Shown here piece by piece: positions 1-9,238 of a DNA stretch of 28,514 nt. Numbering within the stretch: position 1 is the first letter of the stretch; each line of letters starts with the position of its first letter. Source of the DNA: Candidatus Hadarchaeales archaeon (lineage in GTDB: Archaea > Hadarchaeota > Hadarchaeia > Hadarchaeales > Hadarchaeaceae); assembly GCA_038872135.1 (NCBI GenBank), contig JAVZGN010000004.1, positions 1 to 28,514 of the forward strand. The letters are read 5' to 3'. Under the pieces are notes generated by a model. That model was given only the letters and a program-made list of their open reading frames with translations, ran no database searches and was not told where the DNA came from. The position numbers were made by a program, and so were the translations under genes.

Positions 1-1
1 T

Positions 2-1024
2 GATGTAGCCAAAGTTTATGAAGCTGGTTGCGATGCCTCCAGACATGCTTTGTTTGTATTTTCCCGCACTCTCCCCTTTTGAGTATACTACCAGGAGCCT
101 AGGGTCAAACCCTCTCTCATCCCCTGTCCCGTCGTCTTTTGAGACGAAAGATATCGCGTTGTTTAGAGTAGTCGTCTCATTCTCCCTTCCATCGGTTGGC
201 TCCCTCAAGAGGAGTGTTATCAGGACTTCTCTTGTCAGGGGAAGCTTCCACTCCCTCTTCACAAGCTGGGTCACATCAACCTCCATCCACCCAGTGCTCC
301 CGCTGAGGGTCACAGTTGGACCGGGGAAGTCACCGTCGCCCGGTCTAGTGTTCCAGGTTATGTTTTCCAGCCAATCATCGTTGTCAACCGCCCAGATCTG
401 GATTTTGTTTGGCATGGCGACCTGCATCGGGTCGTCGGTGGCTGCAGAGGTGCTGGTTATGTAGATCATCAGGATTGCTTTTTCAATCACTGCAAAGTTG
501 TCGAACAGCTCGTAATCATCGCTAAGGTCAAATCTCAGGTAGGTCCAGATTCTCCCCCCCCTTGTTGTCGAGACAATGAGGATGTTGTTGTCGTAGCCGG
601 GGCTGGTGATCGTGAAATTTGGCTCAGCCTCCTTAACATATGTCCCAACTCCCCGCCACCAGCCGAAGGGGTTCCTGTTGTCCTCCATCTCCTCGATGTT
701 TGCGATGAACCTCGCCGTGCTCACATCCAGCCTGCTGCTCGACTCTCCTGAGGCATAGGCTGTTGGGGAGGAGGCGCTCAAGTCGACGACCATTGCCACA
801 GTTTCCCCCGCCCCTAACCCCGCTACATTTCCCCTGAATTCAAGAAAATTCTGTTTCACCTGTCCGACCATGTTCTGCTCCTTTTCCTTCCATTCCCATG
901 GGACCTGAGTCGAGAGGTAGGTGGCGAGGGCTGCGTTCACGATTCCTATGACCAAGATGAAGCCCACGATCGCTGAAATGCCTTGATTTTCTTTCAAAAC
1001 CTCAGGGTGGGGAATAGCGCCCAT
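2..1024 (-). CDS. Pilin-like surface protein with class III signal peptide and DNRLRE-like domain (3' end runs off the window; absent from the ORF track)
   Basis: Hand translation from ATG 1024 gives MGAIPHPEVLKENQG/ISAIVGFILVIGIVNAALATYL (prepilin-like cleavage site plus hydrophobic helix). Later TYVKEAEPN...TYLRFDLS...IEKAILMIY...ITWNTRP...WMEVDVTQLV...FVSKD...PRLLVVY follows the DNRLRE pattern. GAGGTGA RBS upstream. Confidence 0.8.
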   Translation of the reverse strand, partial: MGAIPHPEVLKENQGISAIVGFILVIGIVNAALATYLSTQVPWEWKEKEQNMVGQVKQNFLEFRGNVAGLGAGETVAMVVDLSASSPTAYASGESSSRLDVSTARFIANIEEMEDNRNPFGWWRGVGTYVKEAEPNFTITSPGYDNNILIVSTTRGGRIWTYLRFDLSDDYELFDNFAVIEKAILMIYITSTSAATDDPMQVAMPNKIQIWAVDNDDWLENITWNTRPGDGDFPGPTVTLSGSTGWMEVDVTQLVKREWKLPLTREVLITLLLREPTDGRENETTTLNNAISFVSKDDGTGDERGFDPRLLVVYSKGESAGKYKQSMSGGIATSFINFGYI

Positions 1025-1034
1025 TCATTTCACC

Positions 1035-1517
1035 TCACGCATAGATGGAATTCTCCACAGTTATTTGGTCTCTGTAAAGAATCCTTTGGGCATAATAGTC
1101 GTAGATGGTTATAACCACTTTATCTCCAATTTTCAGCTTCGCGTCGTTGTGCCTGATGGTGGCAATGACATTTTCTCCTATCCCAAACCCTTTGCTAACA
1201 TCTGAGAAGATCAATCCATTCCACGGGGCCTTGTTTTCCCAGGAAATCCTTCCCGTGTATGTGGCAATGATTGAGAATTCACTTTCAGGTCCGGTTGGAA
1301 TCCCCAATGTGTCTCCCCCGAGATGGTAGAGGATGACGCGGATGTTGTCGGTGGGGGTGGGTCTCGCATTTTCAACCCAGACGAGAAAATCCACAGACCT
1401 GTAGGGGGAGACAGCGGTGCTGGAGACGTGGACGGCGATCATCGCCATGGCCGCCGCGATAATCCCTATCAGAAGGATTTCTCCAACTACTTCGGAGATC
1501 CCTCTTTCATCAATCAT
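1035..1517 (-). CDS. Archaeal type IV pilin-like protein
   Basis: N-terminus DERG/ISEVVGEILLIGIIAAAMAMIAV is a class III signal peptide; LYHLGGD motif typical of archaeal pilins; ATGA overlap with the upstream gene. Confidence 0.85.
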   Translation of the reverse strand: MIDERGISEVVGEILLIGIIAAAMAMIAVHVSSTAVSPYRSVDFLVWVENARPTPTDNIRVILYHLGGDTLGIPTGPESEFSIIATYTGRISWENKAPWNGLIFSDVSKGFGIGENVIATIRHNDAKLKIGDKVVITIYDYYAQRILYRDQITVENSIYA

Positions 1518-2659
1518 CTTTTCACCTTCCTTGAAAGGAGAGCTGTAAGCAGGGAGGAGAGGACCGCAGCAACTGTAAGAAGGATGAGCGGCTGCAGGGG
1601 AATGAGGCCCAGGGATGATGTTTGGGCAGAAGCTTCAGTCAGCGCCCCCACCTGCTGGCTGGCCCACCTCGCGGTGTCCATTCCCTCCCTGTAGAGGTTG
1701 TCGTTCAGGCTGTAGTAGGTTGTTGTGGTTGGCCACTCCCAGAAGAAGGGAGCATCAGGCTTGTTATTAGCCCACCTCCAGTTCCAAGCGTCCCTCAGAG
1801 CCCTGTAGACCCCGTTGTAGACGAGGCGGATGGTGTTGTCTGCATCCATTTTGGCGATGGAGGCATCCCTCGTCCTCACCCAGTAGAGCCAGCGGTTGTC
1901 TATCCTGTCGTCGACATCGGTTGGGCCTATCCTTGTGTATGGGTTTGATTGAATTATGTGCTGTTCGAGCACAGTGTCGCAGATGGTGTAGCTGGGATAG
2001 TCATTTTCAGGATATTGCCCGGGACCATCGCCGACATCGTAGAAGTAGCGGTTAAGGAACCAAGTGAGATCCCCATTGTCATCAGGACCGTAGTTCTCAG
2101 GTCTCGTCGGGTACCAGGCAGAGTCTGAGTCGGTGTAGGCCTCAACTTGTTGATTAGCATAATGAGAAGAGTCATAGTAATAATTTGCTGTGAAATACTT
2201 TCCAGATTCCTCGTGGAAGCCCCAGAGGGGATAGACGGAGCCGATTGGGGGAATATTGTTTATGTACCAGTCTCTTATCCCTTGGTTGTGTGGCATGTAC
2301 ATTACATCTCCAATGTAGTGGAGAACTATCCCGATTCTCCCGATGGCATTGTCGAAATCTCCATTTTTCCAAGCTTCATATATCCTCCGAAACTCATAGT
2401 ATGCATTTTCAGCCATGTTGTAGTGCCAGGTTCCCCAGGTCCCGGTGACGCCCCTCCAGTCATCTGGGGCGAGAGAAGTGGAGTAGATGAAGTCGGAATC
2501 GATGTTATCTCTGATGGCCTGGGGAACTGATGGGCTCTGCTTGAATGCTTTGCTGATGATGGTTGCTTGGTCGTGGTGGGTAGAGCTTCCCCAAGCTGCA
2601 ACCTGCTGCGCGCCTGCCAAGATGATGAAGATCGTCAACAGGGCTACGAGCCTAGACAC
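1514..2659 (-). CDS. Secreted, C-terminally membrane-anchored Zn-dependent phospholipase C / S1-P1 nuclease superfamily protein
   Basis: Signal peptide, then mature N-terminus W-G-S-S-T-H; APD, WHY and LHYIGDVMYMPH metal-ligand motifs; C-terminal hydrophobic helix ending in RKVKR. Confidence 0.7.
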   Translation of the reverse strand: MSRLVALLTIFIILAGAQQVAAWGSSTHHDQATIISKAFKQSPSVPQAIRDNIDSDFIYSTSLAPDDWRGVTGTWGTWHYNMAENAYYEFRRIYEAWKNGDFDNAIGRIGIVLHYIGDVMYMPHNQGIRDWYINNIPPIGSVYPLWGFHEESGKYFTANYYYDSSHYANQQVEAYTDSDSAWYPTRPENYGPDDNGDLTWFLNRYFYDVGDGPGQYPENDYPSYTICDTVLEQHIIQSNPYTRIGPTDVDDRIDNRWLYWVRTRDASIAKMDADNTIRLVYNGVYRALRDAWNWRWANNKPDAPFFWEWPTTTTYYSLNDNLYREGMDTARWASQQVGALTEASAQTSSLGLIPLQPLILLTVAAVLSSLLTALLSRKVKR

Positions 2660-4835
2660 CTATTGTCACCTCCACATCGTAGGTTCTGTCGTAGTAGTAG
2701 ATGTCCTTGACCGAGGGATCCTCCACCCTCCCCCAGATGTACAGTCTAACATCCTCAGGGTGGGCGTACATCTTGGCGATGAATTCAACAACATTGTTTG
2801 ACCAGATGCCAGTCCCTAGTCCCGTCTCATAATGGTCGGCCCACCATTGGAGGCCACCCTCGTTCATTGATGAGTTCCATTTATAGGTGAGGTCCCTAAG
2901 CCAGTATTTCCAGGGCCAGGCAAACTTTGTCCTGATGGTGACGACAACATTCTCCCTGTTTGGGTCGATCTTTCCATCCCCATCGGTGTCGGTCGGCTCT
3001 ATCCTGAAATCTGTGTTTTCAGTGATTTTTACCCTCAGCTTCACGGGGGATGATGTCTCGATTCTGTCTGAGTTAACTATCCTGAAGCGGTTGATGCTCA
3101 CAGTGATTGCTTGGTCATCCTTTGAGCCTTCCCCGACGATGAGCGCTGGATCTGAGATAAAGAGGGGGTTATAACCACCCCTTGTTTGCACCAGCGCCCC
3201 GGATTCAAGGGTGAATGAATGCTCCGGGAAGCTATAGTACACCGGGTCAAACTGGATGAAGCCTCCATCTATGTAGGCGCCCCAGTTGTCGTAGACGCTG
3301 GGTCCTGGTGCCGTCCCATTTTCATAAATCACCTCTAGATGGGGGCGGGTGAAATGAGGGTGCCCCGTGACCTTATCACCACGGTCATCCTGGTCGAACT
3401 CATTTTCATCTGCCGGCTTCCATCCTGAGCTTTCTCTTGAGGAGAAGTTTGCGTAGCGCTCAACCGTGGAGTCCTCATAGCGTGGCTTCAGACAGATGGA
3501 GACATTCTCCCCCGCCTTCATTCTCTCCTTTACCCATGAAGTGATGTCCCATCTGTACCAGGCTTCGTTATCCTTGATCACATGGCTGTAATCGTTTGGC
3601 CACCGGAGCTCCACGATGGGGTCTCCGACAGCGGGTCTGTTGTTCCAAGTGATCGTGGCCTCGTCCCAGTTACCTGAAACACCTCTAACCTCCACGTCAA
3701 TTGGAATCTGTGAGAGGTAGAACTCGTCGGTGTTGAGCAGCCATAACATATGAAAGGCGGGGGTTTTGGAGGTATCTGCGGTGGTTAACCTTATCCTGTA
3801 TTGGGCGTATCTGGCGCTTACCGTTAACCGATCTATAAGATTGTCATCGTTTGTGTCAAACCCTCTGGTCGCTCTGTAAATTTTCCACCACTGCGCACCG
3901 GCCATCGAGGGATCGTTGCTGAATCTCGCCCAGACATAGATGTTGGTCGGGTCCCCGCTCTTGTGATATTCCGCCTTATCCCACTCGGCTATTCCTTTAT
4001 TGTATCCCCACTGGACCTCCGCTCCGGCGTCGAAGATTGAAGAAATGAGCTCACCGCTTTGGAAATATGCATTCGGAGTCTGCCTCGCAAGCCTTATCTC
4101 TCCAGGGAAGTTTTCCCAGTCTATGTTTTCGCTCGTGTTGAACCTCCTCGGGTCTGACCAGTTCGTCTGCCCAGGACCACCGGACCAGTCGTCCTGGCTC
4201 CAGCTGCCAGATCTGCCGAGATCATAGTTGGTGGCGTCTCCCCATGGAATCACCCGGAACTGCGCGAGATTTTCACAGTAGAGCACGAGCCATGCTTCGA
4301 TTATCTGGTCTGCGCTGATCCCTCGAAGCTCCGTGAATGGGTCAAACTTCAGGAAGGTCCAGCTGTTTGCCTGAGTCCCTCCCGACTGTTTCCAAGACCT
4401 GACCATGAGTCTTCTCTCTCCGCCATAGTTTATTGTTGGGTGAGCCTGGTCAACGAATGCATCCTCAATCGGTTGAAATCTCTTTACCCATGGCGCTGGA
4501 GAAATCACGATCCTGCTCGAGAGAGGGGTAAAAGAGAAGATGGGGGCGGGGTCGGCAGACATCTTCAAATCTATTTCTCCATTTTTTCTGTTGAGAAGGA
4601 GGGTCTGGAGCTTGAGCAACGCTGATCTTGTGGCGAAAAAATGCTCGCTTTCATTTTTCCTGTTCCAAGCTGGAGTAATCTGCTGGACGTAGATGCTCAT
4701 GGCTACTGTAACCATAGAAATCACAAGAGCTGCGCCGACAACGGGGGAGATGCCTCGCTGGTCGAGGTTTCTGCTCACGGGGATCGAATAAAAATCCGCA
4801 TCGCTCCTTAAACCTTTATCTCGTTGAGGCATCAT
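2652..4835 (-). CDS. Large pilin-like adhesin with class III signal peptide and a split DNRLRE-like domain
   Basis: DQRG/ISPVVGAALVISMV signal; EDAFVDQAHPTINYG...TFLKFD...EAWLVLY and later WDEATITWNNRP...WDITSWV...FSSRES...PHLEVIY; DTDGDGKID Ca-binding-like loop. Confidence 0.8.
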   Translation of the reverse strand: MMPQRDKGLRSDADFYSIPVSRNLDQRGISPVVGAALVISMVTVAMSIYVQQITPAWNRKNESEHFFATRSALLKLQTLLLNRKNGEIDLKMSADPAPIFSFTPLSSRIVISPAPWVKRFQPIEDAFVDQAHPTINYGGERRLMVRSWKQSGGTQANSWTFLKFDPFTELRGISADQIIEAWLVLYCENLAQFRVIPWGDATNYDLGRSGSWSQDDWSGGPGQTNWSDPRRFNTSENIDWENFPGEIRLARQTPNAYFQSGELISSIFDAGAEVQWGYNKGIAEWDKAEYHKSGDPTNIYVWARFSNDPSMAGAQWWKIYRATRGFDTNDDNLIDRLTVSARYAQYRIRLTTADTSKTPAFHMLWLLNTDEFYLSQIPIDVEVRGVSGNWDEATITWNNRPAVGDPIVELRWPNDYSHVIKDNEAWYRWDITSWVKERMKAGENVSICLKPRYEDSTVERYANFSSRESSGWKPADENEFDQDDRGDKVTGHPHFTRPHLEVIYENGTAPGPSVYDNWGAYIDGGFIQFDPVYYSFPEHSFTLESGALVQTRGGYNPLFISDPALIVGEGSKDDQAITVSINRFRIVNSDRIETSSPVKLRVKITENTDFRIEPTDTDGDGKIDPNRENVVVTIRTKFAWPWKYWLRDLTYKWNSSMNEGGLQWWADHYETGLGTGIWSNNVVEFIAKMYAHPEDVRLYIWGRVEDPSVKDIYYYDRTYDVEVTIGV

Positions 4836-4870
4836 TAAGGAGATCTGTTTAAGGCTCCAGCCGGTGGTCG

Positions 4871-5659
4871 TTATAGAGAAAACCGTCGAAAATCAGCTGA
4901 TTTTTTAAGCTTCTCGAGCATTTTCGAGTGCCGTTCGCAGAGCTTTCCCCCAAGCTGTGCAGTAATGACCTCCTCCTGCCAGTGGGCGTTGTACAGTCTG
5001 CACGTGGGATGATTGCAGAAAGGCTCGCCAAAGAGATGATAGAAGACTGCCTGCATGCAGTAGCCCTTCATCACCTCCGTCAGCCGTTTATCATCATAGT
5101 CTATGAACCTCCCCCGGAATTTCTCCACCAGCTCATTCAGCGAGGTCCCGGCAGTAGCATATGCTTGCTTAAGCCGGTAGAAATCTTTGGGCTTTGCGGG
5201 AGCTTCCACCATCCCGGTGGTCGAAATCAGGGATGGCCACCCATAGACCGCCACCCTGATATGATATCTGCCGTCGTCCCCCCAAGTTGCCGGCAGTCTC
5301 CAGGTGAAAATGATGTGGGCGTGTTCTAGGCATAGCTCCTTCTCCGGTAGAAGCTTCCGGAAGATCTCCTGAAGCTTCAGCCCATCATAGGAGATTCCGA
5401 TCATTCGACGGGAGGGGTCTTTGAAAAGTTTCTTCTCGACATCGATCTCCAGGGGCAGGGGTTCAAACGCAGATTTTTTCAGCGGATCCTTTATCCTCGC
5501 CGATGCTGCTAGCCTCGCGACTTCTTCAAGCTGTTCTGGTTCTGGAAGGAGAGGCGCCCTAACATCTACTTCAATTCCAATGTTTTCTCCAAGATACTTT
5601 GCAATTTCTTCTGCATCCAAAGTTGGCGATGATGGGTCCTCGTAGATGTGGATCTGCAT
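4871..5659 (-). CDS. Conserved archaeal putative metallopeptidase (DUF6775-like)
   Basis: DGRYHIR, STTGMVEAPAKP, IDYDDKRLTEVMKGY and FCNHPTCRLYNAHWQEE..LCERH motifs. Start moved to ATG 5659; the ORF track uses an upstream TTG at 5680. Confidence 0.7.
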   Translation of the reverse strand: MQIHIYEDPSSPTLDAEEIAKYLGENIGIEVDVRAPLLPEPEQLEEVARLAASARIKDPLKKSAFEPLPLEIDVEKKLFKDPSRRMIGISYDGLKLQEIFRKLLPEKELCLEHAHIIFTWRLPATWGDDGRYHIRVAVYGWPSLISTTGMVEAPAKPKDFYRLKQAYATAGTSLNELVEKFRGRFIDYDDKRLTEVMKGYCMQAVFYHLFGEPFCNHPTCRLYNAHWQEEVITAQLGGKLCERHSKMLEKLKKSADFRRFSL

Positions 5660-5693
5660 CAAATCACATGTTACCCCCAAAAGGGTGAAAAGC

Positions 5694-6476
5694 TTACATC
5701 TCCTGGAGCTTCTGCCGAGCTATCTCCGCCGCTCTTTTTCCGCTGAGGAGCATCGCCCCAAATGTTGGTCCCATCCTGGGCAGTCCGAAAGCTGTGGAAA
5801 CTGCCATTCCGGAAACGAGAAGTCCTGGATAGACTTCCCCGGTGTGCTCGACCAGAAGATCCTCGGAGCGCTCGACCCACATCGCCCCATATCCAGGAAC
5901 CTTCAGCAATCCCCGCTTCTCAAGCATCCTGACAACGGCTGCGTCATGCCCCGTCGCGTCTATCACGAGCTTAGCCTCAAGCCCAACGGGGTCAACGCAA
6001 GTGAGCTCCCGCGGGAGGGCAGTGACGGGCGTCCAATTGACCACAACCCCCGCCACCCTCTTCTCCCTGATGACGATATCGTCAATCACAGTCATGTTCA
6101 GGATTTTTGCTCCGGCATCGCAGGCAGCGGCTATGAGCTTTGAGCAGGCGTGGGGACCTGAAGCCACATAGACGCCCCTCCCGTGCTCTTTGAAGGGGAC
6201 GCCCAGCTCTCTCAGAATTTCCTGGGCTGGGGCCCTCACGGTTATGGGGTTCATGAGATATCCCCCGATCCAGAAGCCTCCTCCAAGGTAGTTGTTTCTT
6301 TCGATCACCAAGACTTTCACGCCAGCTTTCGCCAGCTCCTTTGCGGCCATCAGCCCACTGGGCCCCCCTCCGACAACTATCACATCGCTTTCCGCATACC
6401 TCTGAAAATCTTGCATGAAGCTCTCAACTATCGCCCTAGTTATCTCCTTCTCTCCGGCAGCTTGAAATGTCGGCAT
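5694..6476 (-). CDS. thi4: Thiazole biosynthesis enzyme Thi4 (adenosine diphosphate thiazole synthase)
   Basis: [12 protein letters not shown] dinucleotide-binding motif, [34 protein letters not shown]. Start set at ATG 6476 ([16 protein letters not shown]) because the longer ORF overlaps nadA. Confidence 0.93.
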   Translation of the reverse strand: MPTFQAAGEKEITRAIVESFMQDFQRYAESDVIVVGGGPSGLMAAKELAKAGVKVLVIERNNYLGGGFWIGGYLMNPITVRAPAQEILRELGVPFKEHGRGVYVASGPHACSKLIAAACDAGAKILNMTVIDDIVIREKRVAGVVVNWTPVTALPRELTCVDPVGLEAKLVIDATGHDAAVVRMLEKRGLLKVPGYGAMWVERSEDLLVEHTGEVYPGLLVSGMAVSTAFGLPRMGPTFGAMLLSGKRAAEIARQKLQEM

Positions 6477-6531
6477 ATCATCCAGTATATCAGAACCCTT
6501 CTTTAAAAGCATGAAGAGGGATAGTCTTCTG

Positions 6532-7452
6532 ATGGACCTCATTGAGGAAATTCTGCGGCTCAAGGAGAGGAAAAATGCAGTAATTCTGGCGCACAACTAT
6601 CAGATACCCGAGATTCAAGACCTCGCGGACTTTGTTGGGGATTCCCTGGAACTTGCCATGCAATCAACAAAAGTTCAGGGGGACATGATAGTTTTCTGCG
6701 GGGTTGACTTCATGGCTGAGACTGCCGCCATCTTGAACCCAGAAACACCGGTTCTAATTCCCGAGCCTGAGGCCAGATGTCCTCTGGCGGCCCAGCTCCC
6801 CCCAGAAGTCCTTTTGAAGGCGAAGGAGGAGCATCCAGAAGCAGCGGTGGTTGTTTATGTGAACACATCTGCGCGGGTCAAGGCCCTTTCCGACGCCATC
6901 TGTACATCGGCCAACTCCCCGCAGGTGATAAATGCCCTTGAAGAAGATGAAGTTCTCTTCGGCCCAGACAGAAATCTTGCGTGGTTTGCTCAGCAGAGGT
7001 CAAAGAAGAGGATCATCCCGGTGCCAGCCGATGGGCACTGCTATGTTCATAGGATGTTTTCACCGGCGGATATCCTGTTTCTTAAGGAGGAATATCCAGA
7101 CGCAGAGGTCCTGGTCCATCCTGAGTGCGAGCCAGAGGTGCAGAAGCTCGCCGATCACATCTGCAGCACAAGCCAGATGATAAAGAGGGCGAGGGAGTCC
7201 CAGGCGAGGCGGTTTCTCATAGCCACGGAGATTGGGCTTCTTCACAGGCTGAGGAAGGAGAACCCGGGAAAGGAGTTCATTCCAGCTCATCGGGAGCCCA
7301 TTTGTATTCAAATGAAGAAAAACACTCTGGAGAAGGTCTATAGGTGTTTGGCCGAGGAGAGGACGGTTGTGAGGGTTGAGCCGGAAGTTGCAGAGAGGGC
7401 GAGGAAGGCAATCAACCGGATGTTTGAGCTAACATCCATTCACCGCGATTGA
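6532..7452 (+). CDS. nadA: Quinolinate synthase A
   Basis: [38 protein letters not shown], and three cluster cysteines (ARCPLA, GHCYVH, PICIQMK). Start is ATG 6532 or 6511. Confidence 0.95.
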   Translation: MDLIEEILRLKERKNAVILAHNYQIPEIQDLADFVGDSLELAMQSTKVQGDMIVFCGVDFMAETAAILNPETPVLIPEPEARCPLAAQLPPEVLLKAKEEHPEAAVVVYVNTSARVKALSDAICTSANSPQVINALEEDEVLFGPDRNLAWFAQQRSKKRIIPVPADGHCYVHRMFSPADILFLKEEYPDAEVLVHPECEPEVQKLADHICSTSQMIKRARESQARRFLIATEIGLLHRLRKENPGKEFIPAHREPICIQMKKNTLEKVYRCLAEERTVVRVEPEVAERARKAINRMFELTSIHRD

Positions 7453-7504
7453 GAAACAGCAGTTTCTAGATGAGAGAACTGAGCTCTGAGAAGAGTAGGA
7501 TTAG

Positions 7505-7524
7505 GCGGGCCCGTTGGCATGCAA
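7505..7524 (-). repeat. Degenerate direct repeat of the tRNA-Arg 3' end (att-like)
   Basis: GCGGGCCCGTTGGCATGCAA versus GCGGGCCCGTCGGGATTCGA at 8751-8770: 16/20 identical, first 10 exact. Confidence 0.55.
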
Positions 7525-7570
7525 TTGGAAAATTAAGCAATCTCGTGGTTTTTGAAGCGAGAATCCATGC

Positions 7571-8107
7571 TCACTTCACAAGTAATTTTTCCATTTCAAA
7601 CACAAAGCGCTTGACCCTTTCCAGCGACATGCTTGCCTTTTCTCGCTTCACCTCTTCAGTCATCTCATATTGGAATCTAGTCCTCTTCAATCGCTCGATG
7701 TCAAAACTCTCGATTATCTCATCCGCCTTGAGGCTGGCTATTTCTAATGCCTCGTCCCTCGCTTCTTCAAATTCCTCCAAAAGTGATTCCTTGAGCTTCT
7801 TCCTCACGAATGTTATCGGGGCATCAGAAGTTACCTTATGAGAGATCATATGCCCCACCTTATAACCAATGTTGTAAAGAACCGCGTTTGCCATGTAGTA
7901 CATCGCGTAATATGAGCAGACGATTGCCCACAGCATGGAGTAATTTCCCTTGAACAGCAGCTCTGCGGTTCTCAGGCTCTCCTCTGAGTTCTTCCGTAAA
8001 ACCCGGAGGGTATTTTCATCTGTTTTGCTTACTTGTTTCAGAAAACCCGCCTCTAGATAACGCTTGACATTTGCCTCTGCTTCCTTTATCCTTTTCTCAT
8101 CCAACAT
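7571..8107 (-). CDS. HEPN domain protein (toxin partner of MNT-HEPN pair)
   Basis: SLRTAELL...WAIVCSYYAMYYMANAVL...SHK...RTRFQY (R-x4-Y HEPN variant); overlaps the upstream MNT gene. Confidence 0.8.
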   Translation of the reverse strand: MLDEKRIKEAEANVKRYLEAGFLKQVSKTDENTLRVLRKNSEESLRTAELLFKGNYSMLWAIVCSYYAMYYMANAVLYNIGYKVGHMISHKVTSDAPITFVRKKLKESLLEEFEEARDEALEIASLKADEIIESFDIERLKRTRFQYEMTEEVKREKASMSLERVKRFVFEMEKLLVK

Positions 8108-8672
8108 GTTCTACCAGCCTGTAGTAGTCCTCAACGCCGACCAAAATGATGTTGTTCTTCATCGCCTCGGAAACTACACTAAATTCTTTGCTCCTTCCCA
8201 TTTTTATGAACTCCTCTGGCGTCACCACGGTGAGGTGAATTTTTAGTGGTAGTAACGAAATTGTTGATTCCACCTCTCTTGTCCGCTCCTTCTCGCACAC
8301 CACGAGTAGGTCTATGTCTGAGAGTCTTTTGGCACCACCCTTGACATAGGAGCCAAATATCAGGGCAACGAGTGGAAACGGCAGAGCATTGAGCTTGTCA
8401 TGCAGGACTTTAAAGTTTTTGTTTTTCAGCAACTCGTTTTTTCTCTCATACTCCGCTGCTAAAACCAGCGGGCTGAATTTGTTAGCGAAGTAGCAGTGGG
8501 TAGTATTGCCAAGTCTCTCCAGCAGCACGGCACCCTTTTCCTTTAGCTTCATTACAGCATTGTATGCGGTTTTGTAGTTTACCTTGCGCAGCTTGGAGAT
8601 CTTTCTGATGCTTAACTTTTCCCCATTCTTTTCGATGAGCAGCTTCAGAACCTTCAGAATTTCATTTGCCAT
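8097..8672 (-). CDS. HTH-fused minimal nucleotidyltransferase (MNT antitoxin-like)
   Basis: N-terminal wHTH-like LSIRKISKLRKVNYKTAYNAVMKL; FGSYVKGGAKRLSDIDLLV matches GS-x10-DxD. Confidence 0.85.
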   Translation of the reverse strand: MANEILKVLKLLIEKNGEKLSIRKISKLRKVNYKTAYNAVMKLKEKGAVLLERLGNTTHCYFANKFSPLVLAAEYERKNELLKNKNFKVLHDKLNALPFPLVALIFGSYVKGGAKRLSDIDLLVVCEKERTREVESTISLLPLKIHLTVVTPEEFIKMGRSKEFSVVSEAMKNNIILVGVEDYYRLVEHVG

Positions 8673-8710
8673 ATTTTGCCATAATATTATGGTTTTTTGC
8701 CATATATAAT
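8665..8710 (-). promoter_or_regulatory. Putative operator/promoter of the MNT-HEPN operon
   Basis: TTTGCCATA three times (8665, 8675, 8696), perfect 14-bp palindrome CCATAATATTATGG (8679-8692), and TATA-like TTATATA on the minus strand near 8703-8709. Confidence 0.6.
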
Positions 8711-8751
8711 GCTGATGTTCGTGGGCATCTAAAAGTCGACTCTCGGTAAAG

Positions 8752-8825
8752 CGGGCCCGTCGGGATTCGAACCCGAGTCACAGGCTCCGCAGGCCTGCGT
8801 CCTATCCAAGCTAGACTACGGGCCC
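8752..8825 (-). tRNA. tRNA-Arg(GCG)
   Basis: Reverse complement GGGCCCGTAGTCTAGCTTGGATAGGACGCAGGCCTGCGGAGCCTGTGACTCGGGTTCGAATCCCGACGGGCCCG folds as a cloverleaf; anticodon arm CAGGC-CTGCGGA-GCCTG; CCA not encoded. Confidence 0.96.
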
Positions 8826-8902
8826 AAATCCACTATGCGACGGGATTAATCACCCTTTTGCTGAGAGTCAGGTTTTTCTTCTGGGAAACCTCCATAAGCT
8901 TG

Positions 8903-9238
8903 ATGGCCGGGAGAAAATGTGGGATATGCGCCGGAGAGCTTTTGAGGAAAGAGGAGAGGCAGAGGAAGATTTGTACAACCTGCTGGAAGATGGGTTATCG
9001 GGTTCCCCTTTTGAACAGGAGAGTCTTCATTTTGTCGAGAAAAACTACAGGCGTCGTTCGCATGGTCGACAGGGAGAGAAAGGAGGCGAGGGTTGAGCTC
9101 CCAGGGGAAAGCAGGGCAACTGCCTATTGGAAAAAGGGTGGCTGGTTCTCCATCTTTGACCTCCGCATCTGGACGAGGAAAAGGGCGAGAAAGTTCAAGA
9201 AGGATGAGAAGCTCTGGAGGAAGGAGCCGCTCGGCTAG
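8903..9238 (+). CDS. Small basic hypothetical protein with Zn-ribbon (CGIC...CTTC)
   Basis: Two CxxC pairs after ATG 8903; fills the gap between tRNA-Arg and the convergent primase-polymerase gene. Confidence 0.6.
   Translation: MAGRKCGICAGELLRKEERQRKICTTCWKMGYRVPLLNRRVFILSRKTTGVVRMVDRERKEARVELPGESRATAYWKKGGWFSIFDLRIWTRKRARKFKKDEKLWRKEPLG

Noticed and set aside
5694-6476. Ribose-1,5-bisphosphate isomerase feeding RuBisCO
   Set aside because: That label is a legacy annotation of Thi4-family proteins; the motifs are those of thiazole synthase.
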